Positions 12,552 through 24,378 are shown, counted from the first letter of the stretch. The stretch is DNA of 49,421 nt from Octopus bimaculoides (GCF_001194135.2 NC_068982.1:148692017-148741437), one strand, 5' to 3'. Program-made: numbers and translations. Notes: generated by a model from the letters alone, not told the origin.

Positions 12552-13222
12552 TCATCATCATCATCATCATCATCGTCATCATCATCGTCATCATCGTTTA
12601 ACGTCTGTTTTCTATGGTTCAACGGTCTGACTTAGAACTGGCAAGCCAGGAGGTTGCACCAGGTTCCAGTCTGATCTGGTAAGGTTTCTACAGCTGAATG
12701 CCCTTCCTAATGCCAACCACACTAAGAGTGTAGTGGGTGCTTTTTACATGCCACCAGCATGGGAGCCAGTCAGGTGGCACTGGCATCGACCACGTTAAGA
12801 TGGTGCCTTTTGCATGCTACCAGCACAGGAGCTAGTGGTGGTGGTGGTGGTCGGGGGCACTGGCATCGACCATATTTGGACGGTGCTTTCTACATGCCAC
12901 AGACACAGGTAGCCAGTCAGGTGGCACTGGTATCGACTCACGCTTGAATGGTGCTTATTACATGCCACCAGTGTGGGTACCAGTCAGGCAGCACTGGCAT
13001 TGGCCACGGCTGTGATTTCACTTGACTCAACAGGTCTTCTCAAGTACAGCATGTCACCCAGCGATTCAAAGGTACTTTTAAATGGGCTGGTTATGTGACA
13101 CTGCCATCAGCCACAGCTGCGATCTCACTTTACTTGCTGGGTGTTCTCAATCACAGCTTATCTCCAAAGGTCTCGGTCTCTTGTCATTGCCTCTGTGAGG
13201 TCCATCATTCGAAGGTCATGCT
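12552..13222 (-). mobile_element. Long family A copy including RTE ORF2 C-terminus
   Basis: Minus strand of 13110-13222 reads KHDLRMMDLTEAMTRDRDLWR*AVIE, an RTE-type C-terminus, continuing into the family A UTR and (GAT)n tail. Confidence 0.8.
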
Positions 13223-13794
13223 GTGTAATCGATATTTGTATAATGACTATCCCTTGACACAACATAATTAAATAAATGTTCCTCTGTAAAATGGTTCTTT
13301 CTTCAACAAGAGAATAAACAAAATAAAAATATTCAAAACGATCTTAAGTCTATGAAGCATGACAATTTGTCTACCTCTTTTCTACCTCACAGACATCCTA
13401 GCAGGAGGCTCCTTTCTCAGAGAAACATTAGTGTGTTTTGTCTTTACAGCTTCTCATCAACTACCTAATATGTTTATTGTGATACTTAATGACAATATAC
13501 ACTACCAGAACAAATCATTCATTATAATCTTCATCACAGTAATCAACGTTAAGATGGTCATGAACAGCTTTACATTCTTTCAAGTGATTAAAAGTACTGC
13601 AAACATAGTAGGACACAGTGTTGACTTATAAAACATTTAATATATTTTGTCACATATTATGGTTGCATAACAAAATACAGTGTCGCTACAGGTCATTAAC
13701 AGGATGCTGAAATATTTTCTCAAATGAAAATTTAAATTTTATAGGACCCCACCACACACACACACACACACAATTTTTCTCTGTGTTGTAGGTA

Positions 13795-14700
13795 TATCAT
13801 TTATGAATTTGTTTTACAAGATTCCTGATGTGAAATCATGTTGAAACAGATATTGTTATATTTCAGGAAGGTCATTTCTTTTCTTGCCAAATAAACTTAC
13901 ACACTATATATTCATTCTTCACTCATTTATCATTCTTCTTATCTTATCTTATGTCCATTGTCCAGAAATCTTTTGTCACACATCTGTGACCTCTTCAGTG
14001 GCTCTTTTATCCCACATGTATCCTCCTGTTCTGTTTAGTCCATTTAGTCTTCTATGATGTGTATCCTTATCTGCACATACATTTGCATCTGTATCTCTAC
14101 ATGTGTGTGTGTATCCATGAGTTTGTGTCCATGTGTGTGTGTGCGAGTGTGTATATGAGTTTGCTTATTATATTGTTTGTATCTGTACCCTTTATGTAGT
14201 TTTATTTTATTTTATTTTTTCTTTCATCTATTTACTTATTTATCTCTATTTCTTATATTTCATCATAAGTATGAGCATGTGTGTCTTTTGTGTGTATACA
14301 TGAGTTTATGTACTATACTGTTTGTATCTGTATCTTACCCCTCACTCATTCTGTTTTTAGTTGTCATGTTGCATAGTGCTGTGGTGGGGGTGGTTTTATT
14401 GTTCCATTTGTGTTTTCTGTTGAGGCTTGGTCTGTCTATTACTATGCGCGTGGCTTCTGTAACCTGTCTAAGTGTCATATCTGTCCTATGCATTGAGAAC
14501 ACCTTAACCTTTATGTTATTAACCAAGCCAGATGATAAACTGTGAGTCTATGGCTATGACACTGAAATCATGGCTCAGTCTTTGCTGTGGAAGACCCCAT
14601 CAAGGCTTCAAGAAAATCCAAGAGAATACAATGAGGCAGCTGCTCACTGTCCCCAAAAAGGAGTTCTGGGAATGCATCTAGCAATGAAAACAATGCTGGA
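13795..14700 (-). mobile_element. Penelope-like element 3' fragment (GIY-YIG C-terminal region plus pLTR-like end)
   Basis: Minus ORF 14335-14526 has NIKVKVFSMHRTDMTLRQVTEATRIVIDRPSLNRKHKW, like the end of PLE GIY-YIG domains; followed by a hammerhead-like core. Confidence 0.6.
13962..14001 (-). ncRNA. Degenerate minimal type-I hammerhead ribozyme motif
   Basis: CCA-CTGAAGA-G-GTCACA-gatg-TGTGAC-AAAA-GATTTC-TGG: stems I and II pair; G12 of GAAA changed to A. Confidence 0.5.
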
Positions 14701-16399
14701 TAAACTGTGTGGCTTCAGGAAGGGATTACTTCAAAGGAGATATTAAATGCCAATTTGATAGGTGTTGTATTTTCCTTTTTATAGTACTAGTCACAATACC
14801 TTTTGATTAGACCTCTTATCTATCCTAGTTTTTTTTTCAAGCCCCTGTCCTGTAATTTAACCTATTTTGTGTTGTCCATTCCCTGAATTTATGCAGAATT
14901 TATTTCATCCTACAATAAACACTTTTCTCCAGTTATAAGCTTGTAAGACATAAAATAAATAAATAAATGAATAAAACATTAGCACACCCTACAATCTTAA
15001 TAAATAGTATTTCACCAGGATACGAAACTAATCAAAATTTCAATGATTAAGCCTGTTTTATTTGGTTTGCTGACTGATTATTTGTCAAGTTTATTATGAA
15101 TTATAATACAAATTATGAGTATTCAGAATTTGATCAGGTATTTGTGGTTAGCAATTTAAAAGCATTTGATGGAGATTAGGAAAAAATGACAGATGTATTT
15201 ATTGTAACTTTCTCTGTCTATAAAACTGGATATGATACTGCTGCTTCCCTTGAAAGAAGTTATTGATTCGATAATAGAATGTGAACGATGAATAACAATT
15301 TCATCAATGATTCCATAATACAAAGTTATTGGAGCTAAAAAGCAAGCTCACATGCCATGCCAAAAAGAATATCATAGATTTCATGATTCGAAGATATTAC
15401 ATTTTCTCTCATTTACATAAACAGTTCCGTCACTTTAAAGCACATTATTAACACTTACGAACAATACAATAAAATAAATAATCTTTCATTTGCAATGTTT
15501 TCTTTGAATTGTTTATCCACAGTTTAAGAATATTTCCAGGTAACATTTCTGGTGACGTATAAGAAGTATCACTGATATAGTTTAAGCAAACAGAGAATTT
15601 GATATTATCACACTTCAGAGATTAGAATAAATAAACCAGAGTGTAAAATAAATAAAATCATCAAGATGGTTTTATTTATTTTCTCTCCTATTATATTCCA
15701 CTGTTAGCTCAAAATATTTATTTACTGACATTTCTTCAACGATTTTCAGCATTTGTCCATAATATTCTCATTTTGAGCCAACAAGAAAATTTCTATATAG
15801 TTGCTGGACCTGCCAGAAATAAATGCCAAACTTCCCTCAAATTTATTTGACCATCCAAAAATGTAATTGTGTATCAAATCAGTGTCTTATCATTTATAGA
15901 AACAGGTCAAAGGTCAACTAATAATTTTAAAGAGCATTTGTTAGAAGTCTCACTAAACAGCAACGGATCACTTAAACACATTACTTGCTGCTTCACTTCT
16001 TAAGTCACTCCCATTTTTATTCTGCTGTTTGTCATCTCTTACAGCACCGCAACACTTCCAGCTTTCAAATTTATCCTGAACAACAGTTAATCTTTTAATT
16101 TTCTTTTTTCTTTCCATTTTCACAGCCACTCCCACAAAGTGACAATTATCAATTAGCTTTCCTCTATCCACCACCACACACATACACTGATAAATTTCCA
16201 CAAATGCAATTTCACTCTAACCAACACCCACAAATACATGAAGCCATATTTACACCTAAAGCATATTTTGTTCCCCATCTACCTTCCCCACTCTTACATA
16301 CATTCTATAATATCACTATCACATCATCCTATTGTGTCAAAATCATGCCATTCTGTTATTGTCAGCATCACTGATGCTCACACACCCAAGTCTGGTTAT

Positions 16400-16625
16400 G
16401 TGGGGCTGTCAAATGGAAGAATCATTAGAAAGGATTAAAAGATGCTTTGCAGTTTATGACCCAGCTCTTTACATTTTGTGTTCGAATCCCACTGAGGTCA
16501 ACTTTACCTTTTATTCTTTTGGAGTCAAAAAAAATAAGCATTGGTCGAGTACTGTGGTCAGTGGTATTCACTAATCCCTATCCCTTAAAACTACTGGCTT
16601 TTTATCTAAATTAGAAGCAATTATG
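16400..16625 (+). mobile_element. Old SINE family D copy
   Basis: TTCGAATCCCACTGAGGTCAACTTTACCTTTTATTCTTTTGGAGTCAAAAAAATAAGCA matches the family D core. Confidence 0.65.
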
Positions 16626-16699
16626 TCTGGGCTAGGAAAGGTCTAAGTTTTTAAATGAAGTTTAATGAATCCAGAGCTGTTGTTCAGTCAAGTTTACTG

Positions 16700-17130
16700 T
16701 AGGATTTGGATAGTTTACAACAGGCATACCAAAAAGCTTAGTAAGTTCAATCTGAACTGTTTTTGCAAAATGCTGCCCCATTCATTTGTAAGACAAGGTA
16801 CCAGATACTGAGATCTGGAATCATGTAGTGTCACTCAAGATACACTCTCTTCAATATGAAACCCTGCTACACTAGTCAGGTCACATTGCCAGAGCAGGTG
16901 GTAAATGACTTCTGAAATGAATTTACTTCAACGACATTAGAAGGAGTAGAGGTGGCCAATACACTCCAAGAAGGCCTCACTTAAGGCCTCACTAAAAGAC
17001 ACAGCATTAACCTAGAGCCATGGGGAAAGCCTTGCTGCTGAAAAATCTGTCTGATATATTGTTAGAAAGAATGGCGCCATAGTGTTTGAACAAGTCAGAA
17101 GCAGATAGGCAAAGCAGAAGAGATTGCTGA
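16700..17130 (+). mobile_element. Degenerate RTE (BovB-like) ORF2 C-terminal fragment
   Basis: Across frameshifts: DKVPDTEI..., LH*SGHIAR, RGGQ, KASLKRHSINLEPW.SLAAEKSV, matching RTE WQDKVPDTEVL/RWAGHVARM/WESLAQDRSAW. Confidence 0.75.
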
Positions 17131-17405
17131 AAAAATTCTGGGTCACTAATACAGCTATAAAAGAATTTTTCTATGACTACTGAGTATATATATCTCTGAG
17201 GGTAAGTGTGATCAGTCTTCATATGGATAAATGAATGAGGATTCAGTCAATGTAACCTTAGTCATTACTATTACCTCTACCTTCTCCACACTCTCACACA
17301 TGCTTACTCTTTCCACTCTTATGAATACTCACACCAAAATTCTTTTATTATATGACCAACCTTAGCCCACCACTCACTTCAAACTCAAACTCAAACTCCT
17401 CTTCC

Positions 17406-17717
17406 TCATCATCATCGTTTAACGTCCATTTTCCATGTTGGTATGGGTTGGGCAGTTTGACTGAGGTCTGGAGAGCCAACAGTTGCACCAGGCTCCAATC
17501 TGATCTGGCAATGTTTCTACAACTGGATTCCCTTCTTAACACCAACCACTCCAAGAGTGTAGATGGTGCTTTTTACAAGCCACCGGCACAGGAGCCAATC
17601 AGGTGGGCCTCGCATCGATCACATTTGGATAGTGCTTTTATGTGCCACAGGCATGGGGGCCATTCAGGGGGTACTGGTATTGGCCACGTTCGAATGGTGC
17701 CTTTTACATGCCACCAG
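17406..17717 (-). mobile_element. Family A copy
   Basis: (TCA)n CGTTTAACGTCC..TTCCATG..GGTATGGGTTGG. Confidence 0.85.
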
Positions 17718-18810
17718 AAATCACTTATCCTTAACAACTTCAATCTCACCATTATTCACTATATTGGTTCAATAGAGTCTTACATATTTTTGTTTCCAAA
17801 CTGTTCTTTTCTTCTCTTCTCTTCTTCCTTATTGTTTGACAAATAACTGTCCAAAACGTTGATATTTCTTCCTTTCCTTCACTGTATAATACATTAAGTC
17901 AGTACTGATATTCATGCTGTTTTCTTCCACCTTTTTCTTTTTTTTTTAACAAATAAATTGTATTTTAAACATGATGTGACAATCCATTGTTCAGTTCTCA
18001 AAGCCATACATTTATAACACCTTCAAGTGCCTTTACTTCTTATCTAACTTTGGAATACTTCAGCCACAGGGTACTTCTGCTCCGTATATCTTTATACAAA
18101 GATTCTTTACCATTTCAGATACCTATACATTTTACATCCTGATTATAAGACAATAAGCCTGAAATAGATAAAACAGCCTTAACTTGAAGTATTCTTCTGC
18201 TGGAAGAAGTTCAAGTGACAGTTTTAATATAAGAGATGGCTCATTCAGAGTTTATTGATATTAAATCAATCTCCTACAGAAAGTATTGCGACCATCTGAC
18301 ACCTACTAACAATATTCATTTATCTAGTTCTCTTCTGCACACATTGAATACTCAAACTGCCTTAAACTCTTCTCAGACAAGTAATAACAGAAGATTGTAA
18401 TTTCTGCAACATACTACTTATAATACCTGGTTTAGATTTGGAAGAGTGTGAAGGAATTTAAAAATAACAAAAACAACTGCTACTCTTTAATTGATTGAAA
18501 GGTAGATTTGTTTGCATAGTATTAGAATGCTTTAAGTTTCAGTTGATAATCAATCCAGATTCTGCTGTATCAATAGTTACCATTTCCTTTACACAGTATA
18601 TATATATAATGCTGGCTGATATCCACTGATATTATTGTTGCTTCCATAGTGTGGTGAATTGGTAGAAAGATTAGTGCTTCTCACAAAATACCTTGCAGTA
18701 TTTAGTTACATATCTCCATTTTTTTCAGTTCATATCCAGCTAAAATTATTTTATCCTTCTAGAATCAATAAAGTAAAGTACCAGTCAAGTATTGGGACCA
18801 ATATTATAAA

Positions 18811-19579
18811 CCGCATGGCTTAATTGTTAGGGTATTCGGCTCACAATCGCAAGGTTGTGAGTTCAATTCCAGGTGATGTGTTGTGTTCTTGAGCAAGACA
18901 CTTTATTTCATGTTGCTCCAGTCCACTTGGCTGGCAAAAATGAGTTCTACCTGCATTTCAAAGGGCCAGACTTGTCACATTTTGTATCAAGCTAATTCTC
19001 CTTGAGAACTACATTAAGGGCATGCATGTCTGTGGAGTGCTCAGCCAGCACTGGATTAACCATTAAGCAAAATAAACATGGGTTTAGGGCATCAAGGGCC
19101 AGGGGCTCCACAGAAATGAAAATGGTTTACAGCATGAAAGAAATCACTTTAAACTTGCTAAAATAATATTCATAATGCCTTGTCTTTACTAAGTATAGAA
19201 GTTTTACATAAAATTAATTTTACCAATATCGAAGATTTTGCAATTAAAATTTAAAAACAAAGGAGAAAACTTTTCAAATATGAATAAAATGGATGTATAC
19301 AAAAATAAGCATTATTTTCCATCTTATTGTTAGTTTTGTTTTATTTTGAAAAATAAAAATTTATTTCATGGTTTATAATTGTTTACATTTTAGATAATTT
19401 TTGTTTACATTTTGAACCATTTACATATACCTGAGGGCACCAAAACCTTTTAAGTGCTTAGGGCTTCAATGGGTCTTAATCCAGCCATGTGCTCAGCCAC
19501 ATGCACGTTAATTTCATGAGCCAACTGTCCTGTTGATTGGATCAACTGGAACTCTTGTCATCATAACCGAGTGCCAATG
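18811..19579 (+). mobile_element. SINE family C split by a nested hAT MITE (parts 18811-19045 and 19490-19579)
   Basis: CTGTGGAGTGCTCAGC resumes as TGCTCAGCCACATGCACGTTAATTTCATGAG, contiguous in the intact copy at 7630-7680. Confidence 0.85.
19046..19489. mobile_element. 444-bp non-autonomous hAT-type MITE
   Basis: 8-bp TSD TGCTCAGC (19038-19045, 19490-19497); imperfect 14-bp TIRs CAGCACTGGATTAA / TTAATCCAGCCATG. Confidence 0.85.
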
Positions 19580-19798
19580 TAACCCACTCCACTAAATTTA
19601 AGGTCAAGGGTTCATGTTAAAAATCATTATTATTTTCATTACAAGTATACATATCTCATTTTGTCCAACAATCATTTGGCTATTCTAATTCCTAGCAAAA
19701 ACGACAAAATAATCTGTCTTTTATAAACAGTTCCAAAGTTGAATCTTGAGGAAGAGAAAATGTCTTCATCAGAATGTTCTTAAATAATAGTAACAGAT

Positions 19799-20109
19799 AG
19801 GTGGATATGAACTGAAAAAAATGGAGATATGTAACTAAATACTGCAAGGTATTTTGTGAGAAGCACTAATCTTTCTACCAATTCACCACACTATGGAAGC
19901 AACAATAATATCAGTGGATATCAGCCAGCATTATATTCATTTATCTAGTTCTTAAATTTAGTGGAGTGGGTTACATTGGCACTCGGTTATGACAACAAGA
20001 GTTCCAGTTGATCCAATCAACAGGACAGCTGGCTCATGAAATTAACGTGCATGTGGCTGAGCACATGGCTGGATTAAGACCCATTGAAGCCCTAAGCACT
20101 TAAAAGGTG
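19799..20109. repeat. Templated inverted-duplication patchwork
   Basis: 19802-19936 = revcomp 18603-18738; 19933-19952 = direct copy of 18312-18331; 19951-20108 = revcomp 19445-19602. Confidence 0.9.
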
Positions 20110-20314
20110 AGTATACTGATACTACTACTATTTTCAATCTATTTATTCCCTCTTATCCTCTAGCAAAGACTACAATCTGAAAAGTTAGAAGTTTACATTT
20201 GCACACAGTAAACAAATTTATTCCATGTTGTAACAGTCCAACAAAGACTATCACTTGTTTTCTTTGATCCCACTGTTTAATCTATGGTATAGTTTGATGG
20301 GTGTTATTTAGAGG

Positions 20315-20432
20315 GATAGATAGATAGATAGATAGATTGACAGACAGATAGACAGACAGACAGACAGGCAGATAGATAGACAGACAGGCAGGCAGGCAGG
20401 CAGGCAGGCAGACAGACAGACAGACAGACAGA
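20315..20432. repeat. GATA-GACA-GGCA-GACA compound microsatellite
   Basis: Directly visible. Confidence 0.95.
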
Positions 20433-20784
20433 TGTGAAGGTGGTATGAAAGGTAATTAAAAAACTGTTAAATTTCACATGGTCATTTTGAGGTTTCCATT
20501 GTGTACTTTCCATTCACAGAGAGGCTGCGTTGCAAAACTATTTCCTTGATCTACAAAACATAATTTCATAAAAATAAATTACTTTGCATTAGTCTTTTCC
20601 ATTCTCACACAAATAGAGCTGATAAGGTACTTGGCTTGTAGATTTAAGAGCAAGAGAAAGATTATCTCTCGGCTAGTTATGATAAATTTCCAGGATCTTT
20701 TCAGCATCCTTTGCACGGTGGTTCCAAAAAGGGTGCTGGAAGAATGCAAGGCAAAAGGATCTATAAGATTTATATTTTGTATTA

Positions 20785-21211
20785 CTCTTTACTCTCTCTT
20801 TTACTCTTTTACATGTTTCAGTCATTTGACTGTGGCCATGCTGGAGCACCGCCTTTTAGTCGAGCAAATCGATCCCAGGACTTATTCTTTGGAAGCCTAG
20901 TACTTATTCTATCGGTCACTTTTGCCAACCCGCTAAGTTACGGGGACATAAACACACCAGCATCGGTTGTCAAGCAAAGTTGGGGGGACAAACACAGACA
21001 CACAAACATATACACACACATACGTATATATACATATACATATATACGATGGTCTTCTTTCAGTTTCCGTCTACCAAATCCACTCACAAGGCTTTGGTCA
21101 GCCCAAGGCTATAATAGAAGACACTTGCCCAAAGTGCCACGCAGTGGGAATGAACCCGGAACCATGTGGTTGGTAAGCAAGCTGCTTACCACACAGCCAC
21201 TCCTGCACCTA
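20785..21211 (-). mobile_element. SINE family B, full length
   Basis: Reverse complement of 5900-6335 / 37397-37799. Confidence 0.9.
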
Positions 21212-21244
21212 TAATAATTTTTTCTTTAATTGCTTGTTATGAAT

Positions 21245-22500
21245 ATATTTCCCAAAGTGTGCACAAGAACATCAAGTGACTCCAAGGACAATAAAAATCT
21301 ATGTTGCAATCTAGAATCACTATTAGGAAAGTGCTGAAGAAACTCATTGAATTCTACAAACCTTCAAAAAAGACAGTTAGTTGGCAATATATAGATAATT
21401 ATATGAGTTTCAGTTTCTCATAAACTGGAGATAAATCATACCCTGACCAATGTTTTTCAACAATGCTGAGAAGGTTTCTAATTCCAATATGGTCTCAAGC
21501 AAGATGAAAATACACGTTAAAATCTGAGTATTTAGCAAACAAGGATGTTCAATATGTTGCAAGATTCTTGGAACTACAGAAATGCCAATGATAATATTTT
21601 GAAAAATGAGTGACAGTCTCAGATGAGATGCAGATTGTATCTTACCAAGTGGCTGAATTGATTGTTCAACAGACAAAACCCTATACAATAGCTGAAAAAT
21701 TGATTCAGTTTGCTAGCAGCTTGATTGTGAAGACTTCGTTCTGTGATAATGCTGAGTGAGAAGTTATGAAAATTCCTTTGTCTGATAATACAATTCACAG
21801 AAGAATAGATGATACATCAGTTAATATCAGAAAGTGTGCTTCCAAAAGTATGAAGAATTCTAAATTTCATGTTGATATTAGTGCAAAGCACAACATCTTT
21901 TCTTGGTTCAATGCACTCAATGCCAACATGCAAAACCACATTGACATTGCCCTCACATCAGCAAACTAACTTCAGCTCAGGAACGAAATAAGGATGAGAA
22001 TGAGCTAAGATGGCCTTGAGGTATTCTGACAGGTAATATATTTTAAAGCGAGCTTTGAATTGCACAGCCTCATGAAGGGACAATATGTAACAATTATAGA
22101 AAAGGCTGATTATCACTTCAGGTCAGTATCTATAAAATAAAATTGATTGTGTCAAATCCTTTTGCAAATTGCAAACTCTAAACATTCTCATTTGACACTG
22201 GATGATGAGGAAATAGCCTGCATTTTGAGTGATTGCGCCTTCAAAATGACACATGGAGAAAGCCATTGGACTCTATTTGGATATATAATCAAAATATCCT
22301 TGCATCTGTTCAAAAGCATTAGCTATTCTTCTTCAGTTCTCCCAAACATAGTGTTGAGAATAGGGAACATTTAGCTTTGACAAATATCAAAGACCATAAA
22401 AAATATAAAGGCACCTCTATGTTGAACAGATGAAGGTTTGTTTGCCTCAGATTAAGCCAAACGTAAATGAGCTCACACCTCTCACTGACTAGATTCACTT
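21245..22500 (+). mobile_element. Degenerate, internally deleted hAT (Charlie/Buster, ZBED5/SCAND3/FAM200-like) transposase relic
   Basis: Reads VSYQVAELIVQQTKPYTIAEKLI...EVMKIPLSDNTIHRRIDD (cf. SYKVAYLIAKAKKPHTIGE, IPLSNNTVKRRI) and C-terminal LYVEQMKVCLPQIKPNVNEL; TTTCCCAAAGTGTG at ~21248 resembles a Charlie TIR; many stops. Confidence 0.85.
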
Positions 22501-22769
22501 AAGGTAAGATTCTGGATACAGGTTATGTTTCTACGCCCTGATCATTGTTGATTTCCATGTGGCTTGCCCTTTGTAACTGGAGATGGTTTCTTTTGTTATC
22601 AATATTTAAAATTTACATTTTATAGAAACTGATCTTATTTGGTCTTGAAAATATTAATAAGTTTTAAATGTAATATGGACTCAAGAAGGTAATAAAAGTC
22701 CCCCACTCCACCTCCAAATAACCACTCGCTCTTCTTATCAAGTCCACAACTTTTGAGCAGCCATAATCA

Positions 22770-23275
22770 ATGCAGACACAATGAAAGGAGATAGGCTGAA
22801 ATATTAGAATGAAGGTGTGTAGATATATGTTGTGTGCTAGAGGTAAGATAGATTGATGGATGGAGAAAGTTCAGAGCTCTATTACCTGGTGAGATTATTG
22901 AAACACGAGAATGAAGGGTGTAGATATGCATTGTGTGCAAGAAGTAAGATTGATGTATGGATAGAGTTCAAAGAGCTATTGTCTCTATTGGTAACATAAA
23001 GTTTTCTCTCTCAAGGTGAAAAACAGACTACATGATGCTTGTTTACAAACTGCTGCTCTAGATGGTAGTAAAATGTGGTCCCTGAATGCAATGGACTTAT
23101 GAAGAATTAAACAGAACTAGCATGCACCACTCAGTATGCAATGTCTGTGTGCATGTATAACAAAGTATTAATATGCTAAGAGAAGAAATTAGGCATAAGT
23201 GGAATCAGATATAGTGTACAAGAAAGAAGACTGTGCTGGTATGCTTATGTAATGCATATGGATGAGGATACACTT
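22770..23275 (+). mobile_element. Degenerate RTE ORF2 fragment with ~100-bp internal tandem duplication
   Basis: FSLKVKNRLHDACLQTAALDGSKMWSLNA...LGISGIRYSVQERRLCWYAYVMHMDED; 22808-22884 and 22909-22983 are diverged copies of the W.KFR.LLP segment. Confidence 0.8.
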
Positions 23276-23385
23276 GCTACTATCTATATCTCTCTCTTCT
23301 TTTACTCAAGCATCTCATTTATACTCTGATCCCCATTCCTTGTGAGCATGCCCAGCATTTTACCAATATCTCCATCCTGCAGTCT

Positions 23386-23434
<49 letters not shown>

Positions 23435-23629
23435 TCCCTCACCTTCTCCTGCACTTCTCTCAGGTTGGATAACCATGTTTTTTCTTTGCAGTAGCACACC
23501 TGTTTCTGTCTTCATCCCTGACCTTTCTCTCTCCAGCCAGGTAACCTTGTACTTCTTCTACAGCAAGACACCTGTATCTGTCTCACAACAACCTTTTCCT
23601 CATCACCTCCTCCAATGCGTCCCCCCCCC

Positions 23630-23997
23630 CTTAAAAGTCTTTGTCTTGCAAGTATTTGGTGACCCTGTCAGTGCAGGTGCCACTTAAAAGCATCCATTCC
23701 ACACTTTTAAAGTGGTTGGTGTTCGGAAGGGCATCCAGCTGTAAAAACCTTGTTAAAACTGACCTCTTCTGTGCGTGTGCCACGTAAGAAGCACTACTCA
23801 CCTCACCTGTGCTTGTGCCACATGAAAAGCACTACATACATTCTGCTGAGTGGTTGGTGTTAGGAAGGGCATCCAGCTGTAAAATTCCTGCCAAAATAGT
23901 CACAGAAGTCTGGTGCAGGCTTCGGCCTGGCTGGCTCTTATGGTACCATCTCACCCATGCTGGCATGGAACATAGATGTTAAATGATGGTGATGATG
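23630..23997 (+). mobile_element. Family A variant with duplicated GGAAGGGCATCCAGCTGTAAAA core
   Basis: Core at ~23725 and ~23865; GAT tail. Confidence 0.75.
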
Positions 23998-24150
23998 TGT
24001 GTGTTTGTGTGTGTGTGTGCATGCATGTGTGTATGTGTGTGTGTGAGTGTGTGTTGATGTGCAATTTTATCCAAGTTATAATAAAAACAATTTTACATTA
24101 ATCTAAAGGATTACTCCATAGTTTTAGTAAAGTACATATTTGTGATACTA

Positions 24151-24269
24151 TTACAAGAATAGTGCTGAGAGGAACTTCAAAGTTTTGGCTTGCTTAGCCT
24201 TCATTGAACTCACCAGTGAAGGCTAAATAGGTCCAAACCTTCAAGTCACTGTCAACACTATTCTTGTAA
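24151..24269. repeat. Degenerate fold-back, 53-bp gapless arms, 13-nt loop
   Basis: 24151-24203 vs revcomp 24217-24269: 42/53 identical, outer 14 bp perfect. Confidence 0.85.
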
Positions 24270-24341
24270 AAACAAATAGCATATATAAATATGTACATAC
24301 ATGTGTGTGTATCTGGGTAAATACACACACACAAGCACACA

Positions 24342-24378
<37 letters not shown>

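Noticed and set aside
12700-13010. Regularly spaced repeats resembling a CRISPR array
   Set aside because: Degenerate internal units of the RTE 3' UTR in eukaryotic DNA; no unique spacers or cas genes
13359-13631. 90-aa ORF with an internal pyrimidine-rich acceptor at ~13391
   Set aside because: No domain or donor support; composition matches intronic DNA
15096-15380. Coding-looking frame interrupted by several stops
   Set aside because: Cannot be assigned to any family
15968-16201. Minus-strand FESWKCCG resembling the tetraspanin CCG motif
   Set aside because: No transmembrane context or further exons; three-residue match only
20570-20730. Minus-strand exon candidate (strong TTCTTCCAG acceptor, open frame TLFGTTVQRMLKRSW..., GTAATT donor)
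   Set aside because: No recognisable protein and no partner exons; such sites are common in AT-rich DNA
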